A stretch of 32,000 nt of DNA from Edaphobacter aggregans (lineage in GTDB: Bacteria > Acidobacteriota > Terriglobia > Terriglobales > Acidobacteriaceae): contig NZ_RSDW01000001.1 in NCBI RefSeq assembly GCF_003945235.1, positions 4,440,001 through 4,472,000 of the forward strand, given 5' to 3'. How positions within the stretch are numbered: position 1 is the first letter of the stretch; each line of letters opens with the position of its first letter. The translations under genes were made by a program, and so were the position numbers. Positions 7,722-16,065 of the stretch are shown piece after piece. The notes beneath the pieces are model-generated. The model did no database searches, was not told the origin of the DNA, and saw only the letters and a program-made list of their open reading frames with translations.

Positions 7722-8222
7722 ATGAGCATGCATAACGGTTCAGGGTTGATCGTGTTTCTCTTCGTTACTGGTCTTATAAGTGCGACAGCTCGGACGAAGC
7801 CTCGGAAATACGTCAGTGGATTGGTGTATGGCCCGCTTGAACGGGTTCGTTGGTTTCTCGTGCTAACGATTGTTGGGTTTGCAGGGGGAGCTTTCTATGT
7901 GGCAATTACGCCACCACGATCACTCCTTGGGGTCTTGATCTTCGGATTCATATCACTGGCCGGAGTTTGGAGTTTTCCATCGGATATTATCGTGTCTTCG
8001 AAATCAGTTACTGCTGTTAGGTTGTGGGGTAGCAGGACGACGATTTTGTGGAGTGATGTAAGTGAGATCAAGTTCCGGCAAAGCCCTAGAGACACAGCCA
8101 TCATCGGCAAAAATGGTGAGCGAGTTATACATTCGGGATTTAATCGGGATTGGCAAGGATTTCGAGCGATATGTGTCGAGAAAACGGGTATTACGCCGAA
8201 TGTCAGCCGGTTGGAAAGATAA
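7722..8222 (+). CDS. Low-GC ORFan: small membrane protein with a C-terminal PH-like beta domain (hypothetical)
   Basis: The 166-aa ORF starts immediately after the pyrD stop. It has two or three TM segments (GLIVFLFVTGLISA, WFLVLTIVGFAGGAFYVAI, LLGVLIFGFISLAGVW). The C-terminal region SKSVTAVRLWGSRTTILWSDVSEIKFRQSPRDTAIIGKNGERVIHSGF resembles bacterial PH-like domains. Hand-sampled GC is about 43-50%, against 60-68% in the neighbours. Confidence 0.55.
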   Translation: MSMHNGSGLIVFLFVTGLISATARTKPRKYVSGLVYGPLERVRWFLVLTIVGFAGGAFYVAITPPRSLLGVLIFGFISLAGVWSFPSDIIVSSKSVTAVRLWGSRTTILWSDVSEIKFRQSPRDTAIIGKNGERVIHSGFNRDWQGFRAICVEKTGITPNVSRLER

Positions 8223-8246
8223 ACCGTATAACGGCATAAAATAAAA

Positions 8247-9869
8247 ATGATGACTTCTCATAGTGCTCCTGCCTCTGTCTCTGTTGATCTTCGTCCTGTT
8301 CGCCGCGCTCTTTTGTCCGTTACGGATAAGACCGGCCTTGTCGAGTTTGCCAAGGCGCTGGCCGGGCATGGTGTGGAGCTGGTCTCTACGGGTGGGACCT
8401 CGAAGGCTCTGCGTGATGCTGGGCTGAATGTAAAGGACATCAGCGAGTTGACGGGCTTTCCGGAGATGCTGGATGGGCGCGTGAAGACGCTGCATCCGAA
8501 GGTGCATGGCGGGATTTTGCATATGCGTGGGAATCCAGAGCATGTGGCGGCGGTGCAGTCGCATGGGATTGAGCCGATCGATATGGTGGTGGTGAATCTG
8601 TATGCGTTCGAGAAGACGGCGCAGAAGCCGGGGGTGGCGTTTGCGGATGTGATCGAGAACATCGATATCGGTGGGCCTTCGATGGTGCGGTCGGCGGCGA
8701 AGAACTTTGAGGACGTCGCGATTGTGACGCAGGTGGCGGATTATGCTGCGTTGGCGGAGGAATTGAGCGCGAACTCGGGAAGTTTGAGCCGGGCGACGCG
8801 GTGGCGTTTGGCCAAGCAGGCGTTTGCCGTTACGGCGGCGTATGACGCGGGGATCGCGACGGCGCTTGAGAGCATTGAGGCTCCCGAGGGCAAGGCGGTT
8901 TTTGTGCAGGATGCGCTTCCTCAGACGCTGCGGGTGATCGATCCGCTGTCTCAGACGCTGCGGTATGGGGAAAATCCTCATCAGAAGGCGGCGCTTTATG
9001 TGGATGGCAGCGGCAAGGGTGTGGCCGCGGGCGAGCAGTTGCAGGGTAAGGAGCTTAGCTATAACAACATCGTCGATCTGGATGCTTGCTGGGAGTTGGT
9101 GAGCGAGTTTGATGCAGCGAGCGATGCCGCGGTGGCGATCATCAAGCATACGAATCCGTGCGGGGCCTCGACGGGTGCGACGGTGCTGGAGGCGTATAAG
9201 CGGGCGCTTGAGGCTGATCCGGTGTCGGCGTTTGGCGGGGTGATCGGGATCAATCGCGAGGTGGATGCCGAGGCTGCGGAGGAGATCGCCAAGCTGTTTG
9301 TCGAAGCGATTGTAGCGCCTTCGTTTACACCGGAGGCGGTGGCGAGGTTTGCCGCGAAGAAGAATCTGCGGTTGGTAAAGATCACTTCGGCGGATACGCC
9401 GCGGGTGCTGAAGCAGGTTTCGGGTGGGGTGCTCGTGCAGGATGCTGATCGGCTGCGCATTACGGAGGCTGAGCTGAGGCTTGTTACGGAGCGTAGACCG
9501 ACGGCGGAAGAGATGCGGGCGCTGCTGTTCGCGTGGCGTGTCTGCAAGCATGTGAAGTCGAATGCGATCGTTTATGCGCGGTTTTCGGAAGGGCATGGGC
9601 AGACGGTTGGGATCGGCGCGGGGCAGATGAGCCGGGTCGATGCGGCCCGGTTTGGGGCGATGAAGGCTGTGCTGCCGCTGAAAGGGTCGGTTGCGGCTTC
9701 CGACGCGTTCTTTCCCTTTGCCGATGGACTCGAGACAGTAGCCAATGCTGGCGCGACGGCGGTAATTCAGCCCGGAGGGTCGGTGCGGGATGCCGAGGTG
9801 ATTGAGGCGGCTAACCGGCTGGGCGTTGCGATGGCGTTTACCGGGGTCCGGCATTTTCGACATGGATAA
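8247..9869 (+). CDS. purH: Bifunctional AICAR transformylase / IMP cyclohydrolase
   Basis: The 540-aa ORF has the MGS-like N-domain (RALLSVTDKTGLVEFAKALAGHGVELVSTGGT, KTLHPKVHGGIL). It also has the AICARFT C-domain (IIKHTNPCG, GGSVRD, FTGVRHFRH). Confidence 0.97.
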   Translation: MMTSHSAPASVSVDLRPVRRALLSVTDKTGLVEFAKALAGHGVELVSTGGTSKALRDAGLNVKDISELTGFPEMLDGRVKTLHPKVHGGILHMRGNPEHVAAVQSHGIEPIDMVVVNLYAFEKTAQKPGVAFADVIENIDIGGPSMVRSAAKNFEDVAIVTQVADYAALAEELSANSGSLSRATRWRLAKQAFAVTAAYDAGIATALESIEAPEGKAVFVQDALPQTLRVIDPLSQTLRYGENPHQKAALYVDGSGKGVAAGEQLQGKELSYNNIVDLDACWELVSEFDAASDAAVAIIKHTNPCGASTGATVLEAYKRALEADPVSAFGGVIGINREVDAEAAEEIAKLFVEAIVAPSFTPEAVARFAAKKNLRLVKITSADTPRVLKQVSGGVLVQDADRLRITEAELRLVTERRPTAEEMRALLFAWRVCKHVKSNAIVYARFSEGHGQTVGIGAGQMSRVDAARFGAMKAVLPLKGSVAASDAFFPFADGLETVANAGATAVIQPGGSVRDAEVIEAANRLGVAMAFTGVRHFRHG

Positions 9870-9998
9870 AAGATAGTGCTGGGCTGTAACTCGCTGATAT
9901 TTCGCAGGGCCAGTCCTGCGTTCCCCAGGGCAATCATGGGTGTTTTTCAGGTGACACAAAAGTAGGGCACTGCCATCAAAGAGCATTGGTAAGGATTT

Positions 9999-10027
9999 TT
10001 CCAACAATGGCTTGGGACGGCTATAAT
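9999..10027 (+). promoter_or_regulatory. Candidate promoter for the TPR gene (TTCCAA-N17-TATAAT)
   Basis: A perfect TATAAT lies at 10022-10027, with a weak -35 TTCCAA at 9999-10004 and a 17-nt spacer. It is about 130 nt upstream of the ATG at 10160. Confidence 0.35.
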
Positions 10028-10159
10028 CACGGCCATGCTCCGCAAATCGGTACGGCGGAGGCCGCTTGCATCCAATCGGTGTGCGGTTCCGTCTAAACGT
10101 TTAGCTTTGCCCCCGGCGTGATTTGGGCTAGACCCTGTCTGCCCAGGAAGTTACAACAC

Positions 10160-12229
10160 ATGACTTTGCTTTCGCGCGTCTCGTCTCTACGCCGGCTTCC
10201 GTTGCTTCCTTTGGCAGCCCTTTTGTTTGCCTCGCATACGATGGTTGGGCAGGCTCCTGCGGCGGCGACGCCCGACCATGCGGCGTCTTACTACCACTAT
10301 GGGTTGGCTCATCTTTATGAGGACCTAGCCGTTAATGCGGGCCGGTCGGACTATGCGACGCAGGCGGTGGAGCAATATAAGCTCGCGCTCGATGCCGACC
10401 CCGATTCGCGCTTGCTGCAGGATGGGCTAGCCGATCTTTACTTTAAGATTGGCCGGATTCGCGAGGCCGTTACGACGGCGCAGGAGCAGGTCAAGAAGTA
10501 TCCCGATGATATTGAGGCGCATACGCTGCTCGGGAAGGTTTATCTGCGTTCGCTGGGAGACATGCAGAATGCACAGTCGAGCCAGATGTTGCAGCTTGCG
10601 ATTGGCGAGTATGAGAAGCTGGCCGCGCTGAAGCCGGGCGACGTCGAGACACGTCTTTTGTTGGGGCAGCTTTATGGTTTGAATCATGATTCGGCCAAGG
10701 CGGAGGCGGAGTTCAAGGCGGCGCAGAAGATCGATGCCAACTCGGAAGAAGTTGTTCTGAACATGGCTCGGCTGTATGGCGAACAGGGCGACTACAAACG
10801 CGCTGTCGATACGCTGGAAGCTGTTCCGGTGGATGACCGCACCGCGCGGATTGAGTACGCTCTGGGCGCGAGCTATGACCAGTTGAAGAAGGCGAAGGAG
10901 GCGATTGCCGCCTATCGCCGCTCGATTGATCTGGAACCGGAGAACTTGGATGCAGAGCGCGGGCTGGCGAATGCGTTGCTGGCCGACGGGCAGTTGGACG
11001 AGGCGTTGAAGAGCCTGACCGATATCGTTACCGCAGAGCCGCAGGATGCGCAGTCGCAGATTCATATCTCCGAGATTCAGCGGCGGCAGGGTCATTATGA
11101 GGACGCGCTCGCTACGCTGGAGAAGGCCAAGCCGCTGGCTCAGGACTCTCTGGAACTGAGCTACAACGAGGCGTTGATCTACGATTCGCTGGGACGCTAT
11201 GACGAGGCCATTGGTGTGTTGAACACGCTGGTGACGGGGTCGACGCACGCGGATGGGAAGTACTCCGATCCGGAGAAGGCCAATCGTGCAATCTTCCTCG
11301 ATCGGCTGGCAACGATCTATCGCGAACAGAACAAGACCTCCGAGGCAGTTGCTACTTATAAGCTGATCACTGAGCTAGGCGGTGACTACGCCAAGAGTGG
11401 CTATCAGGGCGAAGTGGATGCCTATCGCGATGCTCACCAGTGGAAGGACGCGACTGCTATTGCTGCTGAGGCTGCCAAGGCGTTGCCCAAGGACCACAGC
11501 ATCCAGCTGATGTATGCCGGTCAGCTTGCGGATACCGGGCAGGTTGATCAGGGTCTCACGTTGGCCAAGGCGCAGCTTTCCAAGTCTGGGGACGCATCTG
11601 AGGATCGCGAGGTTCATCTTGCGCTGGCCCAGATCTATACCCGTCTGAAGCGCTGGAATGAGGCTGCTGCAGAGTTGAAGAGCGCTGAGGCGCTGGCGAC
11701 GAAGCCTGAAGAGAAGCTTTACGTGTACTTCCTGCGGGGAACGCTCGCTGACCGCCAGAAGCAGTACGATGAGGCTGAGGCCGAGTTCCGCAAGGCGCTA
11801 GAGATCGATCCGCAGAATGCCACAATCCTGAACTATTTGGGCTATATGCTTGCGGACCGTGGGGTTCGGTTGCCTGAGGCGCTGACGATGATTCGAAAGG
11901 CTGTGGAACTTGATCCGCAGAACTACGCGTATCTCGATTCGCTTGGGTGGGTCTATTTCAAGAGCGGTCAGTATGGTCTGGCGGAAGAGAATATTCGTAA
12001 GGCCAACGAGCGCAACAGCGGCGATCCGACGATCCACGATCATCTTGGCGAGGTGTACGAGAAGACCGGCAAGCTGAAGCTGGCTGTCGCGCAGTGGGAG
12101 CGATCGATGACGGAGTACGCTCATTCGCTGCCGGCTGACGCTGATCCAGGCGACGTGGCTAAGGTGCAGCATAAGTTGGAAAATGCACGGGTGAAGCTCT
12201 CGAAGGTGTCGACTACGCTAGGGAAGTAA
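10160..12229 (+). CDS. Secreted tetratricopeptide-repeat (TPR) protein
   Basis: The ORF track starts at GTG 10118. The ATG at 10160 gives the signal-like N-terminus MTLLSRVSSLRRLPLLPLAALLFASHTMVGQ. The body consists of repeated 34-aa A/L/Y/G-pattern TPR units (for example AEAEFRKALEIDPQNATILNYLGYMLADRG). Confidence 0.8.
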   Translation: MTLLSRVSSLRRLPLLPLAALLFASHTMVGQAPAAATPDHAASYYHYGLAHLYEDLAVNAGRSDYATQAVEQYKLALDADPDSRLLQDGLADLYFKIGRIREAVTTAQEQVKKYPDDIEAHTLLGKVYLRSLGDMQNAQSSQMLQLAIGEYEKLAALKPGDVETRLLLGQLYGLNHDSAKAEAEFKAAQKIDANSEEVVLNMARLYGEQGDYKRAVDTLEAVPVDDRTARIEYALGASYDQLKKAKEAIAAYRRSIDLEPENLDAERGLANALLADGQLDEALKSLTDIVTAEPQDAQSQIHISEIQRRQGHYEDALATLEKAKPLAQDSLELSYNEALIYDSLGRYDEAIGVLNTLVTGSTHADGKYSDPEKANRAIFLDRLATIYREQNKTSEAVATYKLITELGGDYAKSGYQGEVDAYRDAHQWKDATAIAAEAAKALPKDHSIQLMYAGQLADTGQVDQGLTLAKAQLSKSGDASEDREVHLALAQIYTRLKRWNEAAAELKSAEALATKPEEKLYVYFLRGTLADRQKQYDEAEAEFRKALEIDPQNATILNYLGYMLADRGVRLPEALTMIRKAVELDPQNYAYLDSLGWVYFKSGQYGLAEENIRKANERNSGDPTIHDHLGEVYEKTGKLKLAVAQWERSMTEYAHSLPADADPGDVAKVQHKLENARVKLSKVSTTLGK

Positions 12230-12291
12230 GACCTGGCAGGTAACGCGCGACATCGGACCATGCTCCGTATCCGGTACACTCGAATCTGGAT

Positions 12292-13434
12292 ATGGCTTTC
12301 GATCTGCATCGTTGCGCCGTCGCTGGAGACGCGGAAGAGCTTCTTCTAGAGCGGGTGTACCCAGCGCCCGCCAGCACCCTGCGTAGTCCTTTTCAACGTG
12401 ACCGTGAACGCATTGTGCAGTCGCGAGCGTTTCGACGGCTGGCAGGTAAGACACAGGTCTTCACGAGCCGAGCTTCTGATCACTTTCGCAGTCGCCTGAC
12501 GCATACGATTGAGGTGGCGCAGATCGCTCGCGCGGTTGCTGCTGCGCTCGGGTTGAATGAGGATCTTGCCGAGACGCTTGCCCTGGTGCACGACATCGGC
12601 CATCCACCCTTCGGACATGCCGGGGAGCGAGCACTGGATGAGTGTCTTCGTCGCCATGGCAGACGATTCGACCACAACTTGCATGCGCTGCGCATCGTCG
12701 AGCACTTCGAGCAGCGCTATGCCGCGCATCGCGGGCTCAATCTTACACTTGGTGTGCGCGAGGGGATCATCAAACACTCGCGTGACTACAACGTTTCCGA
12801 GCATCCGGAGCTTGCGCCTTACTTTCTTGATCAGCGGCCTCCGCTTGAGGCGCAGTTGATCGATCAAGCGGATGAGATTGCTTACCTCACGGCTGATCTG
12901 GATGATGGCGTCGAGTCGGGGTTGCTTGAGATCGGCCACATCTGCGAAAACGTCGAGATACTTGCACGGTGTTATCGTATCGTCGAACAGCAGCACGCCG
13001 GCGTGGAAGAGAAGTTTCTCTTCCACGAGGCTTTGCAGTTGATGCAGAACATATTAACCGATGATCTGATCCGCAACACGCGAGATAATGCGCGAGCCAT
13101 CGGGGCTGAATCGCTTGCGGACATTCGCATGCATCCTACGCGGCTTGCGCTTTTCTCTCCGCAGGTCGAGGCCGAGCGCCTGCAGGAGAAGAGGTATTTG
13201 TACGAGACGCTGTATACGTGCGATGCGCTTGAGGTCGAGCACGACAAGGCGGAAGAGGTAGTCACGGCACTGTTCAATTTCTGGATCAATGATCCAGAGG
13301 AACTGCCGCAGGCGTACTTCGATGAGGTGCAGGATGAAGGGCTTGCTCGTGTCGTTGCCGACTACATTGCCGGTATGACCGACACCTTTATCTTCCTGCA
13401 ATATGCGCAGATTAAGCGAACGGTCCGGCGTTGA
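12292..13434 (+). CDS. dGTP triphosphohydrolase-like HD-domain protein (Dgt family, short type)
   Basis: The 380-aa ORF has the motifs SPFQRDRERIVQSRAFRRLAGKTQVF, RSRLTHTIEVAQIAR, LVHDIGHPPFGH and DYIAGMTD. Confidence 0.88.
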   Translation: MAFDLHRCAVAGDAEELLLERVYPAPASTLRSPFQRDRERIVQSRAFRRLAGKTQVFTSRASDHFRSRLTHTIEVAQIARAVAAALGLNEDLAETLALVHDIGHPPFGHAGERALDECLRRHGRRFDHNLHALRIVEHFEQRYAAHRGLNLTLGVREGIIKHSRDYNVSEHPELAPYFLDQRPPLEAQLIDQADEIAYLTADLDDGVESGLLEIGHICENVEILARCYRIVEQQHAGVEEKFLFHEALQLMQNILTDDLIRNTRDNARAIGAESLADIRMHPTRLALFSPQVEAERLQEKRYLYETLYTCDALEVEHDKAEEVVTALFNFWINDPEELPQAYFDEVQDEGLARVVADYIAGMTDTFIFLQYAQIKRTVRR

Positions 13435-13499
13435 TATTCCAGCGATGGGTGCGCCATTTCTGCTGGTCTCCTTCATGACGATGTAAAATTCGTGCCAAT

Positions 13500-14129
13500 A
13501 TGAACTTCGCGCCGGGCAACATCGCGGCCTTGATTATCGCGTCCAGCTTTGCGGCGGGGCTGAATGTCTATGCTACGGTGCTGACGCTGGGGATTCTTGC
13601 ACGGACGTCGTGGGTGCAACTGCCGCCGGGGCTGGATTCGCTGGGGAATACGTGGGTGATCGTTGCCTGCGCGATTATGTTCGCTGTCGAGTTTGTTGCC
13701 GATAAGATTCCGGGCTTCGACATGATATGGAATGGGCTCCACACCGTTGTGCGCATTCCGATTGCGGCGCTGGTGGCTTATCACGCCAGCTCGCATCTTT
13801 CACCACAGATGCAGGTTGCTGCCGCGGTCATTGGGGGGACCATCGCGTTGGCGGCGCATAGCTCGAAGACTGCGATACGGGCCGTTGTTACGCCGAGTCC
13901 GGAACCTGTGTCGAATATTGCGCTGAGTACGACCGAGGACGCGCTTGCCGTTGGCCTCACGTGGTTCGCTACACATCATCCGTATATTGCGGCTTCGATG
14001 GCGCTCATTCTTCTCGCGACGGCGGCACTGGCCGCACGCTCTCTGCTAAGGGCGCTCCGACGGCCGCTGCGGCGCTGGCTTCAACTGGATACGGACCAGG
14101 AGACTGCTTCTGCGAAACCTCGTTCCTAG
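13500..14129 (+). CDS. DUF4126-type integral membrane protein
   Basis: The 209-aa polytopic ORF has AAGLNVYATVLTLGIL ... EFVADKIPGFD, which matches my memory of DUF4126 proteins. Confidence 0.6.
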   Translation: MNFAPGNIAALIIASSFAAGLNVYATVLTLGILARTSWVQLPPGLDSLGNTWVIVACAIMFAVEFVADKIPGFDMIWNGLHTVVRIPIAALVAYHASSHLSPQMQVAAAVIGGTIALAAHSSKTAIRAVVTPSPEPVSNIALSTTEDALAVGLTWFATHHPYIAASMALILLATAALAARSLLRALRRPLRRWLQLDTDQETASAKPRS

Positions 14130-14131
14130 GT

Positions 14132-15028
14132 TCACTGGATTTTGGGCAGATTGAGTGTGAAGAGCTTTTGCGGGTCGAGGTAGGCTCCCTGCCAGCGCAC
14201 GCCGAGATGTAAGTGTGGGCCAGTGGCGCGGCCGGTGCCGCCGCTGAGGGCGATGAGCTGTCCTTGTCTGACGGCGTCGCCTGCGGCAATCTTGAACTTC
14301 GAGAGGTGCATGTAGACGGTCATCAATCCCATGCCGTGATCGATGACGACGCAGTTGCCCTCGTAATAGAGCGACTGAGCGAGGACGACGCGACCAGAGT
14401 TGACTGCCATGATTGGTGTGCCTGGGTGTGCGTGGTAGTCCAGGCCACGATGCACGCTGGCCAGAGTGCCGTTGAAGACGCGGCGCGTACCGAAGGAGTC
14501 TGACCGAGGAGCGACCTTGAGCGGAGGCACGAAATCGCCAGACCACTGCGGCTCGGGGTTTGTATCGGCGAAGGCTTTGTCCTTTATTGCCTTGTCGGCT
14601 TCGATCTGTTTGAGAGCCTCGGCGTTGGGCTGGACGAACTTGTCCGGTACGGTAAGCGTGACCTTGGTATAGGGTGCAGTGCCGACATTGACTTCGCGAT
14701 GGAAGGTCTGTTGATTGCCTCCTGGGAGTGTAGCCTCGATTGTCAAAGGATAATCTCCGGGTGAAACCTCGACGTCCACGCCGACGAGGGCGTACCAATG
14801 CCGTTTGTCTTTGCTTTGAAAGAAGGCGATTGTGTGTCCCTGCCATTCGCCTGTAACGGAGCTCGCTCCTCTGGGCAGCTCTGCTGTGAAGAGGCATGGC
14901 GAGCCGTTCGTCAGCCGCGCTGGCGTCCATGTAATTGGTTCGGTGGGCTTAGGCGTCTGACAGAGGGTGAGGCGTACTGTAATTGTCGACAGGAGCACAG
15001 CCAAATAAATGCGCGGAAGACTCTTCAT
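14132..15028 (-). CDS. Secreted M23-family zinc metallopeptidase (peptidoglycan endopeptidase type)
   Basis: The ORF track starts at GTG 15085. The ATG at 15028 gives the signal peptide MKSLPRIYLAVLLSTITV. Catalytic motifs are HRGLDYHA, GNCVVIDHG and GPHLHLGVRW. Its stop is only 2 nt from the convergent DUF4126 stop. Confidence 0.85.
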   Translation of the reverse strand: MKSLPRIYLAVLLSTITVRLTLCQTPKPTEPITWTPARLTNGSPCLFTAELPRGASSVTGEWQGHTIAFFQSKDKRHWYALVGVDVEVSPGDYPLTIEATLPGGNQQTFHREVNVGTAPYTKVTLTVPDKFVQPNAEALKQIEADKAIKDKAFADTNPEPQWSGDFVPPLKVAPRSDSFGTRRVFNGTLASVHRGLDYHAHPGTPIMAVNSGRVVLAQSLYYEGNCVVIDHGMGLMTVYMHLSKFKIAAGDAVRQGQLIALSGGTGRATGPHLHLGVRWQGAYLDPQKLFTLNLPKIQ

Positions 15029-15042
15029 AGGTGGGGCGCCGT

Positions 15043-15960
15043 TCAACGGGGCTGGGGCCTCCTTTCGAGGGAGGCTCTGTCCCACTTTGCGAGCTTCGCT
15101 CCGGCCTCGTAAGTGCTTTGCAGAAACTGCATGACGGAGTCTTCGGGTGATGCTGCTTTGCGCGCGTCGTCGTATTTGAGGAGGAACTCGCCGAGTGCCT
15201 TGTCGTAATAGGCTGCGGGTGGTTGTACTGGTTCGAGATCCAATCCTGTAGGTGCGGGCGCGGTGTAGCAGTAGAATGCGGGTGCGCCGAAGCCGCCGTT
15301 GCCGGGCCAGAAGCCCGCACTGATGACCTCGTGCGAGTAGGCTTCGCGGGTGATCCGGTCGGCGCCTTCGCGTGGTGGTGCGGGGCGGCCAGAGAAGCGT
15401 GTTACGGCGAGATCGAAGCTTCCCCAGAAGAAGTGTACCGGGCTCATCTTGCCGATGAAGCCTGACGAGAACTGCTTGAAGAGATGGTCGGCGGTATTAA
15501 GCGTTTGCCAGAAGCGGTGTGCATACTCTGGATCGTAGGAGTGATGTTGCTCGTCTTTGGTGAAGTCGATCGGGTCGCTGATCTCGACGGGCATGGTGTT
15601 GATTTTGACGGTAACGTTTAGTGCGGCGAGGCACGCCATGTACTCGGTGTAGAAGCTGGCAACCGATTGCGCTCGCAGCGGTATCGCGTGGATCGTGCCT
15701 GAACTGAGACGGAAGCGCAACTCGTGGCTGACGAAGTCGAATTCTATCTCGAGGAGCTTGCTGTGGTACGGCATCGCAGATGTTGTCAGCCCGCGCGCGC
15801 TCACATAGAGGGGAATGTTCCACCAGTGGTTGAGCAGGGGTGTGAGTGCCAACCGCGTCTTGCCGACGATCTGCGTCCACATATGTAACGTCGCGGCCGT
15901 GTCCTTCCATGCTTCCCATGGGAGATCGGGCCATACCTGTGGGGCTGCCATTTGCGTCAT
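15043..15960 (-). CDS. DUF5996-like cytoplasmic protein of unknown function
   Basis: The 305-aa ORF has AGGAG 9 nt upstream of the ATG. The N-terminus WPDLPWEAWKDTAATLHMWTQIVGKTRLALTP matches what I recall of the DUF5996 family. There is no signal peptide. Confidence 0.55.
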   Translation of the reverse strand: MTQMAAPQVWPDLPWEAWKDTAATLHMWTQIVGKTRLALTPLLNHWWNIPLYVSARGLTTSAMPYHSKLLEIEFDFVSHELRFRLSSGTIHAIPLRAQSVASFYTEYMACLAALNVTVKINTMPVEISDPIDFTKDEQHHSYDPEYAHRFWQTLNTADHLFKQFSSGFIGKMSPVHFFWGSFDLAVTRFSGRPAPPREGADRITREAYSHEVISAGFWPGNGGFGAPAFYCYTAPAPTGLDLEPVQPPAAYYDKALGEFLLKYDDARKAASPEDSVMQFLQSTYEAGAKLAKWDRASLERRPQPR

Positions 15961-16065
15961 CGTCCTGGCTCCTGAGAGTGTGGTTCACGCGAGCTTTCAA
16001 TGTGTGAACTCTACCCTAAGACGTGCGGCGAATGATAGACCTGCCGTGAGGAGGTGCTTCTTAGG

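Noticed and set aside
8004-10007. 667-aa ORF antisense to purH
   Set aside because: It is extremely Arg/His/Pro/Leu-rich and low in complexity, and lies exactly opposite an unmistakable purH reading frame. This is a typical shadow ORF of high-GC DNA.
10035-10121. 28-aa ORF (MLRKSVRRRPLASNRCAVPSKRLALPPA) in the TPR gene leader
   Set aside because: It has no ribosome-binding site and its arginine-rich composition is typical of random high-GC frames. It overlaps the alternative GTG start region.
12292-13434. dGTPase as an anti-phage nucleotide-depletion defence gene
   Set aside because: It is the short housekeeping-type Dgt-like protein in a core-gene context (TPR, DUF4126). Its GC is normal and there are no neighbouring defence or mobile genes.
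14046-14930. 294-aa minus-strand ORF overlapping the M23 peptidase gene in another frame
   Set aside because: It is Arg-rich and low in complexity. The M23 frame carries the catalytic HxxxD / HxH motifs and a signal peptide.
13435-16065. Search for a direct repeat of the tRNA-Glu 3' end (att-like site) bounding the lower-GC block
   Set aside because: I saw no tRNA-derived fragment in the intergenic regions 13435-13499, 15961-16065, 22881-23066 or 24579-24833. No integrase is present. The island idea is therefore kept only as a compositional observation.
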